Source of the DNA: Clostridia bacterium
GTDB lineage: Bacteria > Bacillota > Clostridia > Oscillospirales > CAG-272
DNA length: 64,000 nt
Direction: 5' to 3'
Assembly: GCA_017536635.1 (NCBI GenBank)
Contig: JAFXHA010000060.1
Coordinates: 6,030 to 70,029 of the forward strand
The notes under the pieces are model-generated. The model saw only the letters and a program-made list of their open reading frames with translations, had not been told where the DNA came from and ran no database searches. Position numbers and translations under genes: made by a program. Below are positions 44,904 to 55,955 of the stretch, one piece after another. Positions within the stretch are counted from its first letter, which is position 1, and each line of letters starts with the position of its first letter.

Positions 44904-46571
44904 TTACTCCTTGTTTTTATATTTATCAGAACGCCTTTCGCGCATTTTATCTATTATCTTATCAATTATCGGCAGGTTTGCAAGATCCTCTTTTCTTAAT
45001 GCGCCGAACAAAAGCGCAAACGCAAAATACGCCGCGCACGCGCATACCAGCGCTGCAATAAAAGCTATGCTTTCGCTTTCCGTAATGTTCAAAACAGGCA
45101 CATATGCCAAGGCAGAAAGCACTATTGCAACGATCGAGGCAAAAAACGGTCTTATCAGCGCTTTAGCCGTTGCCGTCCCCCTTGGAACAGCTCTGTCTAC
45201 AAAAAATATATTTATTCCAACGACAGTTACGTTACAGAGCAAGGTGCTTATCGGCGCTCCAAGCTCTCCGACACCAACAGAGCCTATCAAAAAATATGCC
45301 GAGGCAGTCTTGACTATCGCGCCGACAGCCATAGAAGCTATCGGAAGCATTACTCTGCGATATGCTTGCAGTATCGCGTTCGTGGCGGTTATAAGGCAGG
45401 AAAAAAGCACAGATGCGCCAAGCGCCGACAAAAGCGGAGAAGCGATGGCTATCGCTTCGGTCTGTCCCGAAAATATCAAGCCCAATATCTGCTTCGAATA
45501 AAGCACTATTCCCATTGAAGCAGGAAGCGCTATCAGGGCTGTAAGCCTCAAGGATTTTTCAACCGCCGCTCTCTGCTCACCCGTCTCTCCCGTTTCCACC
45601 GCAGCCGAAAGGCGCGGTATAAGGCTCTCGGAAATAGGCGTAGCAAGTGCCGGAACAAGACTGAACACAGGCAGAGCGAGTGTGGTATAAGATCCGTATA
45701 TCTCATTCGCCGCCGCCGTGCTTATACCTATATCCTGCAATCTGCGCATTATCAAGGTCATATCTATAACTCTCGTTGCGCCAAGCAACGATGCGCCAAG
45801 CGTTATGGGAAAGGCTATTCTCAACACATTTGTAAGAGTGTGCTCGCCTCTCTCAAAGCGCGAATCATCGAGCAAAAGCACCTTATTTTTTCTTTTATCG
45901 GCAAGCTTCAGGGCGAGCAGATAAAGAGTTGACACTGCCGAGCCTATAACGAGTCCGAGCACGGCAAACGCCGACGCTGCGGGAACAGACATTCCTCTGC
46001 TTTTAGCCCACGCGGCAAGGCTTACTCCAAGCAATAGCTTTCCAAGCGCCTCTGCAAGCTGAGACAGCGCCGTGGGCAGCATATTTCTGCATCCTTGAAA
46101 ATACCCTCTCACAGCTCCCGAAGCGCAAGCAAAAAAGAGCGCGGGCGAGACCGCGAGTATGCAGTAATACGCATCGGGATTACCTATCGCCGCGGCAACA
46201 GGTCGAGCAAGCGCGCAAAGTCCTGACGAGCCGACAAGACCCAACCCGGAAAGCACCGCAAATGATGTGCGGTATATACGCTCGGCGCCGAGCACATCTC
46301 CCCTTTCTCTCGCGCCCGATATAAGAATCGAGAGCGCAGTGGGCATTCCTGCGGTGGAGATAACACAAAGCATTGCGTATATCTCGTACGCGGAGTTGAA
46401 GTACCCCATTCCCTCGGCTCCGAGGATCGAGAGCAGAGGTATTTTATATGCAAGACCTATCACCTTTACGATGACGGTCGAGGCGGACAAAAGCAGCACG
46501 CCCGTCATAAACGCACGCTCGCTTTGTCCCGAAATTATTTTTACTGTTTTACCGTTTTTCAAGTCTTTCAC
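44904..46571 (-). CDS. spoVB: MOP-superfamily flippase, SpoVB/YabM-like (MurJ-related)
   Basis: 555 aa with about 14 TM helices and a GTG start. It sits upstream of mazG, like yabM in Bacillus. SpoVB versus MurJ versus YabM cannot be distinguished from sequence alone. Confidence 0.7.
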   Translation of the reverse strand: MKDLKNGKTVKIISGQSERAFMTGVLLLSASTVIVKVIGLAYKIPLLSILGAEGMGYFNSAYEIYAMLCVISTAGMPTALSILISGARERGDVLGAERIYRTSFAVLSGLGLVGSSGLCALARPVAAAIGNPDAYYCILAVSPALFFACASGAVRGYFQGCRNMLPTALSQLAEALGKLLLGVSLAAWAKSRGMSVPAASAFAVLGLVIGSAVSTLYLLALKLADKRKNKVLLLDDSRFERGEHTLTNVLRIAFPITLGASLLGATRVIDMTLIMRRLQDIGISTAAANEIYGSYTTLALPVFSLVPALATPISESLIPRLSAAVETGETGEQRAAVEKSLRLTALIALPASMGIVLYSKQILGLIFSGQTEAIAIASPLLSALGASVLFSCLITATNAILQAYRRVMLPIASMAVGAIVKTASAYFLIGSVGVGELGAPISTLLCNVTVVGINIFFVDRAVPRGTATAKALIRPFFASIVAIVLSALAYVPVLNITESESIAFIAALVCACAAYFAFALLFGALRKEDLANLPIIDKIIDKMRERRSDKYKNKE

Positions 46572-46704
46572 ACCCTATACGAATTGCGGATATCTCCGCA
46601 ATAAATATTATTCGTTGCAGCCCCCGGCTATTCACAAAAGGCTGCAACGATATAATTTGATCCATTTAGTATTATGTAAAAAGACTTGATATTTTATTTA
46701 ATTT

Positions 46705-47577
46705 TCAGACGAATTCCTTATAAAGAGAATCCTCGTCTATATAAGAGGACGGGATAGACTCGACGTCCTTTATTTTTTCGAGCATACGGTCAAATTCACT
46801 CCTGTACGGCGACGGCCCGGAGAGCACTTTTTCAAGATAAGGACGCAGCACGCCTATCTCGTAAGGCATTGTGGAATTGATGCGATACTTACATTGTGGA
46901 ACGTTGGGGAAAATGTGTTTTTCCTCGTTCTCGCGCACGCTTTTCCAAAGCGACATCGTCTCGGTAGCGTTTGTGTCTCTGAAATTGCTGTCGCGCACGA
47001 TACGTCTCATAAGACGTATCTCGTTTGGCTCAAAGCGTTCAACCGAGCAAACGATGCTCTCTGTGGGAGAAATAAAAATACAATCTGTTCTTTCATTTCC
47101 GAAAAGCTCTATGATCTCCTCATACACCGCCTGTATGCCCTCGAATATAAGGATATCGTCATCGCCTATTTTTATTTTTCTGCCCTGCTCTCTTTTTCCA
47201 GTGCTGAAATCAAAGCGCGGGCAGATTGCCTCGCGCCTTTGGCGAAGCTCTCCAATAAATTCAGCCATAGCGGCGGTATCTATCGTTGCGGGCGAATCGT
47301 AATCAAGACCGTCAAATCCGTTCTCGCGCGATATCATTTCAAGATGATCGCAATCGTAATAAAAATCATCGATAGAGACGAAAACGGCATTCTTGCCGTT
47401 TTCCGCCATTCTTTTGACTAACATTTTTGCCGCGGTGGTCTTTCCCGCGCAGGTGGGCCCCGACAATCTGACAATATTCAGCTCGGTATCTGCGCATATC
47501 ATATCCGCCGTTTTGTAAAGCTCCTCTCGAAAACGCGCGTCTGCCTTCCGTATCATTTCTTTAACACTTAAACTCAT
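46705..47577 (-). CDS. uridine kinase/phosphoribulokinase-family P-loop protein
   Basis: 290 aa. Walker A is LSGPTCAGKTTAAK and a Walker B-like motif is DILIFEGIQ. Confidence 0.75.
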   Translation of the reverse strand: MSLSVKEMIRKADARFREELYKTADMICADTELNIVRLSGPTCAGKTTAAKMLVKRMAENGKNAVFVSIDDFYYDCDHLEMISRENGFDGLDYDSPATIDTAAMAEFIGELRQRREAICPRFDFSTGKREQGRKIKIGDDDILIFEGIQAVYEEIIELFGNERTDCIFISPTESIVCSVERFEPNEIRLMRRIVRDSNFRDTNATETMSLWKSVRENEEKHIFPNVPQCKYRINSTMPYEIGVLRPYLEKVLSGPSPYRSEFDRMLEKIKDVESIPSSYIDEDSLYKEFV

Positions 47578-47600
47578 AAGACCACCTACCGTTTTTAATA

Positions 47601-49094
47601 TTATAACATATTATGATCCGTGTAGAAATTAAATGCATCCTGCGCAAACTTTTCGTTGCAATCCTCCACGAGATACTCGTAAGGATATTTTTTATGGAAA
47701 AGCCTTTCGATATTTCTGCTCTGTACGCAATTACCCGTGTTATCAACAAGCTTTGTAACAGCGCCTGCGCCTGCCGCAAATATTGAGTGTATCTCCTCCA
47801 TCATATAAATGTTATAAAGTCCCTCGTGCTCGGGAAGCGAGAAGCCGACATTTTCATAATTGCCTACCGTATTCTTCTGCCTGTACATATAGTACGGAAT
47901 ATATCCCGATTGCTTGGTCTTTATCTGCGAATAATCCACGCACTTACCCGCGTCTCCGCCACGCGCGGAATATATTTTGGAATTCATACGGAGTATCTCC
48001 GCCGATTTCTTGACACAGAAGGTATGTACGGTAATATTTTCGGGCTCAAGCTTGATTATCTCATCGACGGTATAAGAAAACTTTTTGAAGTTATCACCGG
48101 GAAGTCCTGCAATAAGATCAACGTTTATATTTTCTATACCCGATCCCTTTGCAAGCTCGTAAGCTCTGTAAAAATCGTCAACGCTGTGATTTCTACCTAT
48201 TCCGCACAGCACCTCGTCGCAAAGGCTCTGCGGATTTACGCTCACACGCGTTACGCCGTAAGCCTTGGCAATAGCAAATTTCTCCGCAGTGATAGTATCG
48301 GGTCTGCCCGACTCAAGTGTGAATTCCTCAAGGGCGCTCACATCCGTCTGAGACGCGATACAGTCGAGCAGATCTTTAAGCTGCTCGTTATCAAGTATCG
48401 TAGGCGTACCGCCGCCGATATAAACGGTCTTTACGTTAAGTCCAAGACGGCGTATCGTTTCAAAATTGCTGATTATATCCTTTTTAAGCTTTTCAAGATA
48501 CTCGGGAATGAGAGAGAGCAAACGGTTCGACGTATAAGAAACGAATGAGCAATAAGTACATCTGCTTGGGCAGAAAGGAATTGAGACGTAAACACTGCAA
48601 TCCTTGGTCGACGGCTCACCGATTATTCTCTTTTCGGTCAGCGCAACGTCAATAGCAAGCGCTGCCTTTTTGGGAATAACGAAATAATCGTTAGTAAGTA
48701 TTCTCTTTACTCTCGTTTTACTGATACCCGAGCCAAGTATCTCGCTTGCGACCTTTGACGGACGCACACCGATAAGCATTCCCCATGCGGGGCGGTATCC
48801 GACGATCTCGCCTGCGGCGGCGATTACCGCGCCACCGATGGCGAGCTTTAAGGTAATATCCTTTTTTCTGCCCTCTGTATACTCGGAAAAATGCTCTGCC
48901 TCGGCTCTTTTGTCAAGATATGTCATCTCAGCGTATGCCTCGATTCCGCCCTCGACCTCTCTGCTTCTCACGTAAAGCGTGGGAGCTTGTCCGTCGGGTG
49001 TTTCATCCTCACCGAAGTGCTCACCCGGAAAAAATATCATTCCCAGAGTCTGCACGTAATATTTATTTATTGGAGAATCAAGCTTTATATACAT
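47601..49094 (-). CDS. hemZ: HemN-related radical SAM protein, HemZ-like
   Basis: 497 aa. Radical SAM motif is IPFCPSRCTYCSF, with an N-terminal extension typical of HemZ-type proteins. Confidence 0.8.
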   Translation of the reverse strand: MYIKLDSPINKYYVQTLGMIFFPGEHFGEDETPDGQAPTLYVRSREVEGGIEAYAEMTYLDKRAEAEHFSEYTEGRKKDITLKLAIGGAVIAAAGEIVGYRPAWGMLIGVRPSKVASEILGSGISKTRVKRILTNDYFVIPKKAALAIDVALTEKRIIGEPSTKDCSVYVSIPFCPSRCTYCSFVSYTSNRLLSLIPEYLEKLKKDIISNFETIRRLGLNVKTVYIGGGTPTILDNEQLKDLLDCIASQTDVSALEEFTLESGRPDTITAEKFAIAKAYGVTRVSVNPQSLCDEVLCGIGRNHSVDDFYRAYELAKGSGIENINVDLIAGLPGDNFKKFSYTVDEIIKLEPENITVHTFCVKKSAEILRMNSKIYSARGGDAGKCVDYSQIKTKQSGYIPYYMYRQKNTVGNYENVGFSLPEHEGLYNIYMMEEIHSIFAAGAGAVTKLVDNTGNCVQSRNIERLFHKKYPYEYLVEDCNEKFAQDAFNFYTDHNML

Positions 49095-49095
49095 T

Positions 49096-49566
49096 TTACC
49101 CTCCGACCTTTTTGCTTGCTAAAAGCACTTTACTGTCCATAGTAATAGTAACGGGTCCGTCGCCTGCTATAAGGACCTCCATATGTGCGCCGAATACTCC
49201 CTGCCCCACCTTCACTCCTTTGGAGCGACAAAGAGAAGAAAAATACTCGTAAAGCGCATTTGCCTTATCGGGCGGCGCAGCTCTCATATAATCGGGACGT
49301 TTGCCCTTTCTGTAAGCCGCAAGCAAAGTAAAATTAGACACCACGAGCATCTCGCCCGACACGTCAAGCAAAGACAGATTCATCTTATCCTGCTCATCGG
49401 TAAATATCCTAAGATTCACTATTTTTTCGGCAAGCGCCTCGGCGTCGCGCTCGCAGTCGTCATCGGCAACACCGAGCAGAATACAAAGTCCTGCTCCGCA
49501 GCTTCCAACGGTCTCGCCATCGACTGTAACGCTCGCCCTGCTTACTCGTTGCAATACGGCTATCAT
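49096..49566 (-). CDS. dtd: D-aminoacyl-tRNA deacylase
   Basis: 156 aa with motifs MIAVLQRVSRASV, SNFTL and GDGPVT. Confidence 0.93.
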   Translation of the reverse strand: MIAVLQRVSRASVTVDGETVGSCGAGLCILLGVADDDCERDAEALAEKIVNLRIFTDEQDKMNLSLLDVSGEMLVVSNFTLLAAYRKGKRPDYMRAAPPDKANALYEYFSSLCRSKGVKVGQGVFGAHMEVLIAGDGPVTITMDSKVLLASKKVGG

Positions 49567-49580
49567 AAAATCTCCTTAAA

Positions 49581-51812
49581 TTACGAAAATCCTCTCAGAA
49601 CGTCTGTAACTCCCTCGATCGATTTTATCTTCGACACGATAGAGCGGTAGTGATCGATGTTCTTACAGCTGATCTTCAGATTTATTATAATGTGGTCATT
49701 TCCTACGTTTACTGTGTTGATCTGCAGCAGGAATACTCGCATCTCGGAAAGAGCCATGGATATATCGGCAACGATACCCATTCTGTCCGAAACGTGAACG
49801 GTGATCTGCGCCTCGTACATATCGGACGACGATCCGCCCTCTCCCGCGCTTTCCCAATAAGCTTCCTTCCATCTTTCAGCATACTCGGGATTGCTCTTGC
49901 CATTCTGCACGTTGGGGCAATCTGCCTTATGGATAGAAATTCCGTATCCCTTGGTAATAAAGCCTATGATGCTGTCGCCCGGCAAGGGATTGCAGCAGCG
50001 CGCAAGCTTGACAAGACAGCCTCTCTCACCGTCGACGATGATACCGCCGCCCGTTTTGAGATTCTTAGGCTGCACCGAGTTCTTTATCTTTTCGACGACC
50101 TCGATATCCGACTTTACCTCGGGCTCGGGCGGTGCTATGACTCTGTCAAACTCATCCTTGAACTTGAGAGCGACCTTGGAGAGCGCGATTCCGCCGTATC
50201 CAAGCGTATTATAAAGATCATCAGCGCTCTTATATCCTGTCCTCTGTCCTACCGTCGCTACGATCTCGTTTCTCTGTGCCTCAGTATACGGACGTTTGAA
50301 CTTTCGGAACTCGGCATCTACCATAGCCTTGCCCGCGGCAATATTCTCAGGGCGCTTTTCCTTCTTAAACCAGCTTCGTATCTTTGTGCGCGCCTCACCC
50401 GTCTTTACGATCTTAAGCCAATCCCGGCTCGGTCCCTTGGACGAGGATGAGGTAATTATCTCTACGATATCTCCCGTGCTTGGCGATTTATCGATAGGAA
50501 CTATCATTCCGTTTATCTTTGCACCGATCATCGCATTGCCGACACCCGTGTGTATGGCATACGCAAAATCGATAACGGTGGCTCCGTGAGGCAATGCAAC
50601 CACATCGCCCTTAGGAGTAAAGACAAACGTTTCGTCGTGAAAAATATCGGTTTTTAAAGCATCGAGAAATTCGTCGGGGTCTCGAGCTGCGTTCTCTGTT
50701 TCAACGAGCTTAGCTATCCACTCGAGCTTCTTATCCATATCTTCCTTGGACTTCTCGCCAGATTTATACTTCCAATGCGCCGCGATACCGTATTCCGCGA
50801 TATGATGCATATCCCACGTTCTTATCTGAACCTCAAAGGGTATACCGTCTCGTCCGATAACGGTAGTGTGCAGCGAGCGATACATGTTCGGCTTCGGCGT
50901 TGATATATAGTCCTTAAATCTACCGGGAACAGACTTAAACATTTCATGTATGATTCCGAGTGCGGTATAGCACTCAAGCTCGGTATCAACGATTATACGC
51001 AAAGCGTAAAAGTCATATATCTCATCGAAATGCTTATTCTGATTATACATCTTGCGGTAGATACTGTAAACCGATTTGATTCGTCCCTCAAGCGTAAATT
51101 TTATACCGTTTTCGGTAAGCTTGCGGTAAACGCTGTTTCTTACGTTTTCAATGAAGTTTACGTTCTTACCGTACTTGTCCTGAATATATCCCTGTATCTC
51201 GGAATATCCGATAGGATCGAGATAAGAAATACAAAGATTTTCAAGCTCCTGCTTGATCTTCTGAATTCCAAGACGGTGCGCGAGAGGTGCGTAAATGTGC
51301 ATAGTCTCAAGCGCGGTGGAGCGTCGCTTCGGGTCGGGCTTGACGTCGAGCGTGCGCATATTATGAAGTCTGTCGCAAAGCTTTATGAATATTACCCGAA
51401 CGTCCTTGGACATAGCGAGAAGCATCTTTCGGATATTCTCAATGTGAGCCTCCTCTTTGTCCTCAACGTTTACAACAACGAGCTTTGTAAGTCCGTCAAC
51501 GAGCATTGCGACCTCGGAACCGAACAGCTTTTCGACCTCTTCGAGATCTGTTTTGTCCGAGCAGTCCTCAACGGTATCGTGAAGCAGAGCGGCGCATATT
51601 GAATTGGTGTCAAGCTCAAGTCCCGCGACTATTTCGGCAACGGCAATAGGGTGAGAGATGTACGGCTCTCCGCTCACTCGGTACTGTCCCTCGTGAAGCA
51701 TAGCCGCATACTCTGCCGCCTTCGTTATTTTTTCAATATCGTATTTTTTGCCCGTCAGTCGAAGCATATCTATCAGTCGCTTGATATTTACGTTTGCTCC
51801 CGTCTCTGCCAT
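49581..51812 (-). CDS. relA: bifunctional (p)ppGpp synthetase/hydrolase (RSH)
   Basis: Start chosen at ATG 51812 (SD AGGAGG, 16 nt after the recJ stop). It contains HD (HPIAVAEIV, LHDTVED), RelA_SpoT, TGS and ACT regions. Confidence 0.95.
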   Translation of the reverse strand: MAETGANVNIKRLIDMLRLTGKKYDIEKITKAAEYAAMLHEGQYRVSGEPYISHPIAVAEIVAGLELDTNSICAALLHDTVEDCSDKTDLEEVEKLFGSEVAMLVDGLTKLVVVNVEDKEEAHIENIRKMLLAMSKDVRVIFIKLCDRLHNMRTLDVKPDPKRRSTALETMHIYAPLAHRLGIQKIKQELENLCISYLDPIGYSEIQGYIQDKYGKNVNFIENVRNSVYRKLTENGIKFTLEGRIKSVYSIYRKMYNQNKHFDEIYDFYALRIIVDTELECYTALGIIHEMFKSVPGRFKDYISTPKPNMYRSLHTTVIGRDGIPFEVQIRTWDMHHIAEYGIAAHWKYKSGEKSKEDMDKKLEWIAKLVETENAARDPDEFLDALKTDIFHDETFVFTPKGDVVALPHGATVIDFAYAIHTGVGNAMIGAKINGMIVPIDKSPSTGDIVEIITSSSSKGPSRDWLKIVKTGEARTKIRSWFKKEKRPENIAAGKAMVDAEFRKFKRPYTEAQRNEIVATVGQRTGYKSADDLYNTLGYGGIALSKVALKFKDEFDRVIAPPEPEVKSDIEVVEKIKNSVQPKNLKTGGGIIVDGERGCLVKLARCCNPLPGDSIIGFITKGYGISIHKADCPNVQNGKSNPEYAERWKEAYWESAGEGGSSSDMYEAQITVHVSDRMGIVADISMALSEMRVFLLQINTVNVGNDHIIINLKISCKNIDHYRSIVSKIKSIEGVTDVLRGFS

Positions 51813-51828
51813 CCCGGCACCTCCTGTC

Positions 51829-54030
51829 TTAGCTATCCGCCGATACTCTGTCTGCACACTGTCCCTTCAGCTTTTTCAATATCGACGATTTATCTATGTT
51901 GGTCTTACTTGCGTTAAAGAATACGTTAAACTTATATATATCCTTATCTATCTCGTCTATCTCGCAAATGCGAAGCTCGGTGAAAACGAGGAAGATATAT
52001 TTCAGCTTTACGTGATTGATTATCGGCAAATTTGCCGAATTTACCATTTTCATAATACTCTTTCGATCGAGCACGCTCGTGCCGTTTCGGAATTCACGGC
52101 GCAAAACGGTATAAACTCTTGCGAAATCATCTCTTGTCGGGAAGATATTTTCCGACGTAAGATAGCTGTCGCCGCCGTGTATCTGATCATAGCGCTCGCT
52201 CATATCGGCAAATCTGTAGGAAAGCTCAGCCGTGAGCTTTATATCCTGCACTGTAAGCTGTACCTTGCGAACGTTTTTATATTCGTTGATACCGAGATTG
52301 AACAACAGATCGATGCTGTCGCCCTCGTCGAAATCAAGCTCTCCGCTTCCCACTCCGAAATATACCGCGGAAAAGATCTCTCCGCCCTTTTCAAGCGTAA
52401 AACGTGAGTGCTTACCGCCGCCCATATATCTTATGCCCTTTACGGTAACGTTTCTCATAAGGAATACGGGAGAGGCATTACCTACGCCAAAGGGCTCGAG
52501 TCGTAGTATATCCTTGGCAAATTTAAGTGTCAGATCACTCGCCTGAAGCTCGCAATCCGCCTCGACCTTCACCTTGAACATATCCTCGGTAAACACCTTA
52601 TCGGCATATTCGTTTATCTTTTTTCTGAACTCGTCGAGCATTCCGCGCTTAACTGTAAGCCCCGCGGCAAGCTCGTGTCCACCGTATTTTACGAGCGTAT
52701 CCGAGCAATAAGTGAGCGCATCAACAAGGTTCATTCCCTTGATGCTTCTGCCCGAGCCCTTTCCGTCATCAAAGGGATCGTCGCTGCCATCATCACAGCC
52801 GGCAAATGAGATAAGTATCGAAGGAAGCCCAAAAGCCTCGGTTATCCTTGATGAAACGATACCGATGATTCCCTGCTGCCACTTGTCGTTGTCAAGCACG
52901 AGCACTTTGTCGTTGTCAAAGCGATTCGAGCCCTCGAGCATCTCATAAGCCTCGACCGCTATTCTGTTTTCCTCGGTCTGTCTGCGCGTATTTATCTCGC
53001 ACAGTATACCTGTATACTCCTCTACCTTTTGAGGATCGGTCGCGAGCAACAGATCGACCGCTATCTGCGCATCGCTTATTCTGCCTGCTGCGTTGATCTT
53101 GGGAGCTATACCGAATCCGATCATTCCCGAGGTTATCTTCTGTATCTTTCCGCTATCATCGTCCTTTTTGTAGGAAGCCGCGAGAAGAGATGAAAGTCCT
53201 GCTATACAATCGCCGCGCTCGATCTTGGCGAGTCCCATGCTGACGATCAGTCTGTTTTCGTCAACGAGCGGCATAACGTCGGCTATCGTTCCGACGGCAA
53301 CGAGATCCGCAAATCGCGCGCATATCCGCTTTACGCCCTCAAGCACGGGAACTCCCTGCTCCTTACACAGATGCATCTCGCAGGCACAGATCACCTTAAA
53401 TATTACGCCGACGCCCGCGAGTTCCTTGAACGGATATTCGCAGTCGGAGCGATGCGGATTGACTACGGCATCAGCGCTCGGCAGCTCTCCGTGGCACTCG
53501 TGGTGATCAGTAACAACGAAATCCACTCCGAGCGTTTTTGCATAATCCACCTCGGCATTTGCCGTGATACCCGTATCGACCGTAATTATCAGAGTTGCGC
53601 CCTCTTCGGCGATCTTATCTATCGCCGCGCAGGAAACGCCGTATCCTTCTCCCTCACGCTTGGGTATCTTGATCCCGACCTCTGCTCCGAGCCCTGTCAG
53701 ATACAGATAAAGTATGCTGACAGAGGTTACTCCGTCAACGTCGTAATCTCCGTAAATATAAATTTTTTCCTTGTCCGAGACGGCGCGAAGTATACGCTCC
53801 ACTGCCCTCTCCATATCCGTCAGAAGATACGGGTTATGAAAATTACTCTCCTCAAATCGCAAAAATCTTTTTGCTTCCTCTGCACTTTTAAAGCCCCTGT
53901 TATACAGAAGCACGGCAAACAATTCGGACACCCCGAGCTCCTGCGCCATATCTGCTATCAGCGCATCGGTCTCAGCATCCCCGAAGACAAATTTTTGCTC
54001 CCAGATCTTCTCCTTTCTGATTTTTTTCAT
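51829..54030 (-). CDS. recJ: single-stranded-DNA-specific exonuclease RecJ
   Basis: 733 aa with DHH motifs IYIYGDYDVDGVTS, VDTGI and TDHH, plus a DHHA1 motif GGHELAAG. Confidence 0.95.
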   Translation of the reverse strand: MKKIRKEKIWEQKFVFGDAETDALIADMAQELGVSELFAVLLYNRGFKSAEEAKRFLRFEESNFHNPYLLTDMERAVERILRAVSDKEKIYIYGDYDVDGVTSVSILYLYLTGLGAEVGIKIPKREGEGYGVSCAAIDKIAEEGATLIITVDTGITANAEVDYAKTLGVDFVVTDHHECHGELPSADAVVNPHRSDCEYPFKELAGVGVIFKVICACEMHLCKEQGVPVLEGVKRICARFADLVAVGTIADVMPLVDENRLIVSMGLAKIERGDCIAGLSSLLAASYKKDDDSGKIQKITSGMIGFGIAPKINAAGRISDAQIAVDLLLATDPQKVEEYTGILCEINTRRQTEENRIAVEAYEMLEGSNRFDNDKVLVLDNDKWQQGIIGIVSSRITEAFGLPSILISFAGCDDGSDDPFDDGKGSGRSIKGMNLVDALTYCSDTLVKYGGHELAAGLTVKRGMLDEFRKKINEYADKVFTEDMFKVKVEADCELQASDLTLKFAKDILRLEPFGVGNASPVFLMRNVTVKGIRYMGGGKHSRFTLEKGGEIFSAVYFGVGSGELDFDEGDSIDLLFNLGINEYKNVRKVQLTVQDIKLTAELSYRFADMSERYDQIHGGDSYLTSENIFPTRDDFARVYTVLRREFRNGTSVLDRKSIMKMVNSANLPIINHVKLKYIFLVFTELRICEIDEIDKDIYKFNVFFNASKTNIDKSSILKKLKGQCADRVSADS

Positions 54031-54067
54031 GGGTTACCCCTTTATATATAAATTTTTTTAAACAAAT

Positions 54068-55714
54068 TTAAGCGAGCGGCGCAAAGCGCTTCATTATCGC
54101 AAGCGCAACTCTTATTCCGTCAACCGCGGCACTCGTAATACCACCCGCATATCCCGCGCCCTCGCCGCAGGGATATATCTCGTTACGCCCCACGGCGCAC
54201 ATATTTTCGGTACGCAATATTCTCATCGGCGCGGAGCTTCTCGTCTCAACGCCCGTAAGCAGAGCGTCGGAAGCCGCAAATCCTTTTATTTTTCTGTCAA
54301 AGCTCACAAGTCCGAGCTTCAGCTCGTCGGTTATATACTGAGGAAATATCTCGTCAAGGCGTGCGACGCGTACGCGTCCGCCGCCGTAGGTCGCTTGTAT
54401 TCTGTCGGGCTCGGACGTAGCTTTACCCGCAAAAAAATCACCGACCGTCTGCACGGGTGCGCTATAATCTCTGCCGCCCATATCAAACGCCCTTCGCTCA
54501 AGCGCGTGCTGATATTCTATTGCCGCTCTCGGCTCGCCTCCGAAATCCGAAGGACGCACTGTGGCGAGTATTGCCGAATTCGAATTTTTGCCGTCTCTGG
54601 CTCTGTTGCTCATTCCGTTGACAAGCACGGTCTCCTCGTCCGATGCGGCGGCAACGACCTCTCCGCCCGGACACATACAGAAGGTATAGACACCTCTGCC
54701 CGAGCTCGTGTCGGAAAGATGGTATTCTCCCCTGCCAAGACTTTTATGTCCGGCAAAATCGCCGTAAAGGGCTTTATCTATATCGTCGGCAAGGTGCTCT
54801 ATGCGCACGCCGACAGAAAAGGGCTTTGCCTCGACGGCGAGGCCCTTATTCATAAGCATATTATACGTATCTCTTGCGCTGTGTCCGATAGCGAGCACGA
54901 CCGATGAGCATACGATGTCTCCCTTTGTCGTTTTCGCCACCACGCTCTTGTCCGAGCGCTCACAGACAGAATCCAGCCTGCAGCGGTATATTACCTCGCC
55001 GCCAAGTCTCTCTATCTCACAAAGCATTCTGTCAACTATATCTACAAGCAGATCCGTACCGATATGGGGCTTGGCTGATATCAGAATATCCTCGGGCGCG
55101 CCGAAATCGCAAAATCTGCGGAGCACGTATCCTATTTTGGAATCTCCGATACGCGTAACCAGCTTTCCGTCAGAAAAAGTACCCGCTCCACCTGCACCGA
55201 ACTGAACGTTCGACTCGGTATCAAGTATTCCCTTTTCCGCAAAGGTCTTCGTTTTGTTGATTCGCTCTCCGACCGCATCTCCTCGGTCGATTATTACAGG
55301 CTTGTATCCCTGCTCGGCAAGCACAAGCGCACAAAAAAGACCTGCGGGACCCATACCAACGACAAGAGGACGGTGCTCGCTTTTCTCATTTCCCTTTTCA
55401 AATTCAAGCTCGGATACGTCCGCGGGCTTGCCAAGCTTCGAAAGAGCATCTGATTGCCTTTTTGAGAAGGCAGAGCCGTCATTTCGCTCAACTGATACCG
55501 AAAACACCAGCTTTATATCGTTTTTCTTGCGCGCGTCGATGCTTTTTTTACAAAGCTTAAAATGAATTTGTGCAGGGTCTATCCCTGCACCTTTCAATCT
55601 TTTTGCGGCGATCGCTAACGCCTCGTCCTCGTTATGATCGAGGGAACAAGCTATTCCCCCGATCACAAAACGGTAAAATCCAGACGTTGCGATATCTTTT
55701 TTCGCCGAGCTCAT
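54068..55714 (-). CDS. uncharacterised FAD-dependent protein (COG2509-like)
   Basis: 548 aa with a dinucleotide fold VVGMGPAGLFCALVLAEQG and C-terminal PCGEGAGYAGGI. Its start overlaps the upstream stop (ATGA). Confidence 0.85.
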   Translation of the reverse strand: MSSAKKDIATSGFYRFVIGGIACSLDHNEDEALAIAAKRLKGAGIDPAQIHFKLCKKSIDARKKNDIKLVFSVSVERNDGSAFSKRQSDALSKLGKPADVSELEFEKGNEKSEHRPLVVGMGPAGLFCALVLAEQGYKPVIIDRGDAVGERINKTKTFAEKGILDTESNVQFGAGGAGTFSDGKLVTRIGDSKIGYVLRRFCDFGAPEDILISAKPHIGTDLLVDIVDRMLCEIERLGGEVIYRCRLDSVCERSDKSVVAKTTKGDIVCSSVVLAIGHSARDTYNMLMNKGLAVEAKPFSVGVRIEHLADDIDKALYGDFAGHKSLGRGEYHLSDTSSGRGVYTFCMCPGGEVVAAASDEETVLVNGMSNRARDGKNSNSAILATVRPSDFGGEPRAAIEYQHALERRAFDMGGRDYSAPVQTVGDFFAGKATSEPDRIQATYGGGRVRVARLDEIFPQYITDELKLGLVSFDRKIKGFAASDALLTGVETRSSAPMRILRTENMCAVGRNEIYPCGEGAGYAGGITSAAVDGIRVALAIMKRFAPLA

Positions 55715-55926
55715 GCCGCCCCCGTGGTCTCGGTGGCGTGAGATTCGGGCACAAGATTTGCGTTTGCCTTTTTCTGCTCGTTGAGCTCAACGCTGACACA
55801 ATACATCCAGATAATAAACGCGATGATAACGCACAGGATAAACGCAAATACGTTTGATTTTCTACTCTTTTTGACGACGTAGCTTCCGTCGTCGTTTACG
55901 TGTTCTATTTTTTTATCTTTTTTCAC
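55711..55926 (-). CDS. 71-aa single-pass membrane protein (possible minimal CdaR-like anchor)
   Basis: GTG start with a strong SD AAGGAGA (7-nt spacing). The TM is VFAFILCVIIAFIIWMYCVSV. It lies between cdaA and the FAD protein. Confidence 0.65.
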   Translation of the reverse strand: MKKDKKIEHVNDDGSYVVKKSRKSNVFAFILCVIIAFIIWMYCVSVELNEQKKANANLVPESHATETTGAA

Positions 55927-55955
55927 AATAAGCTCTCCTTTCGCGCTATACGTGA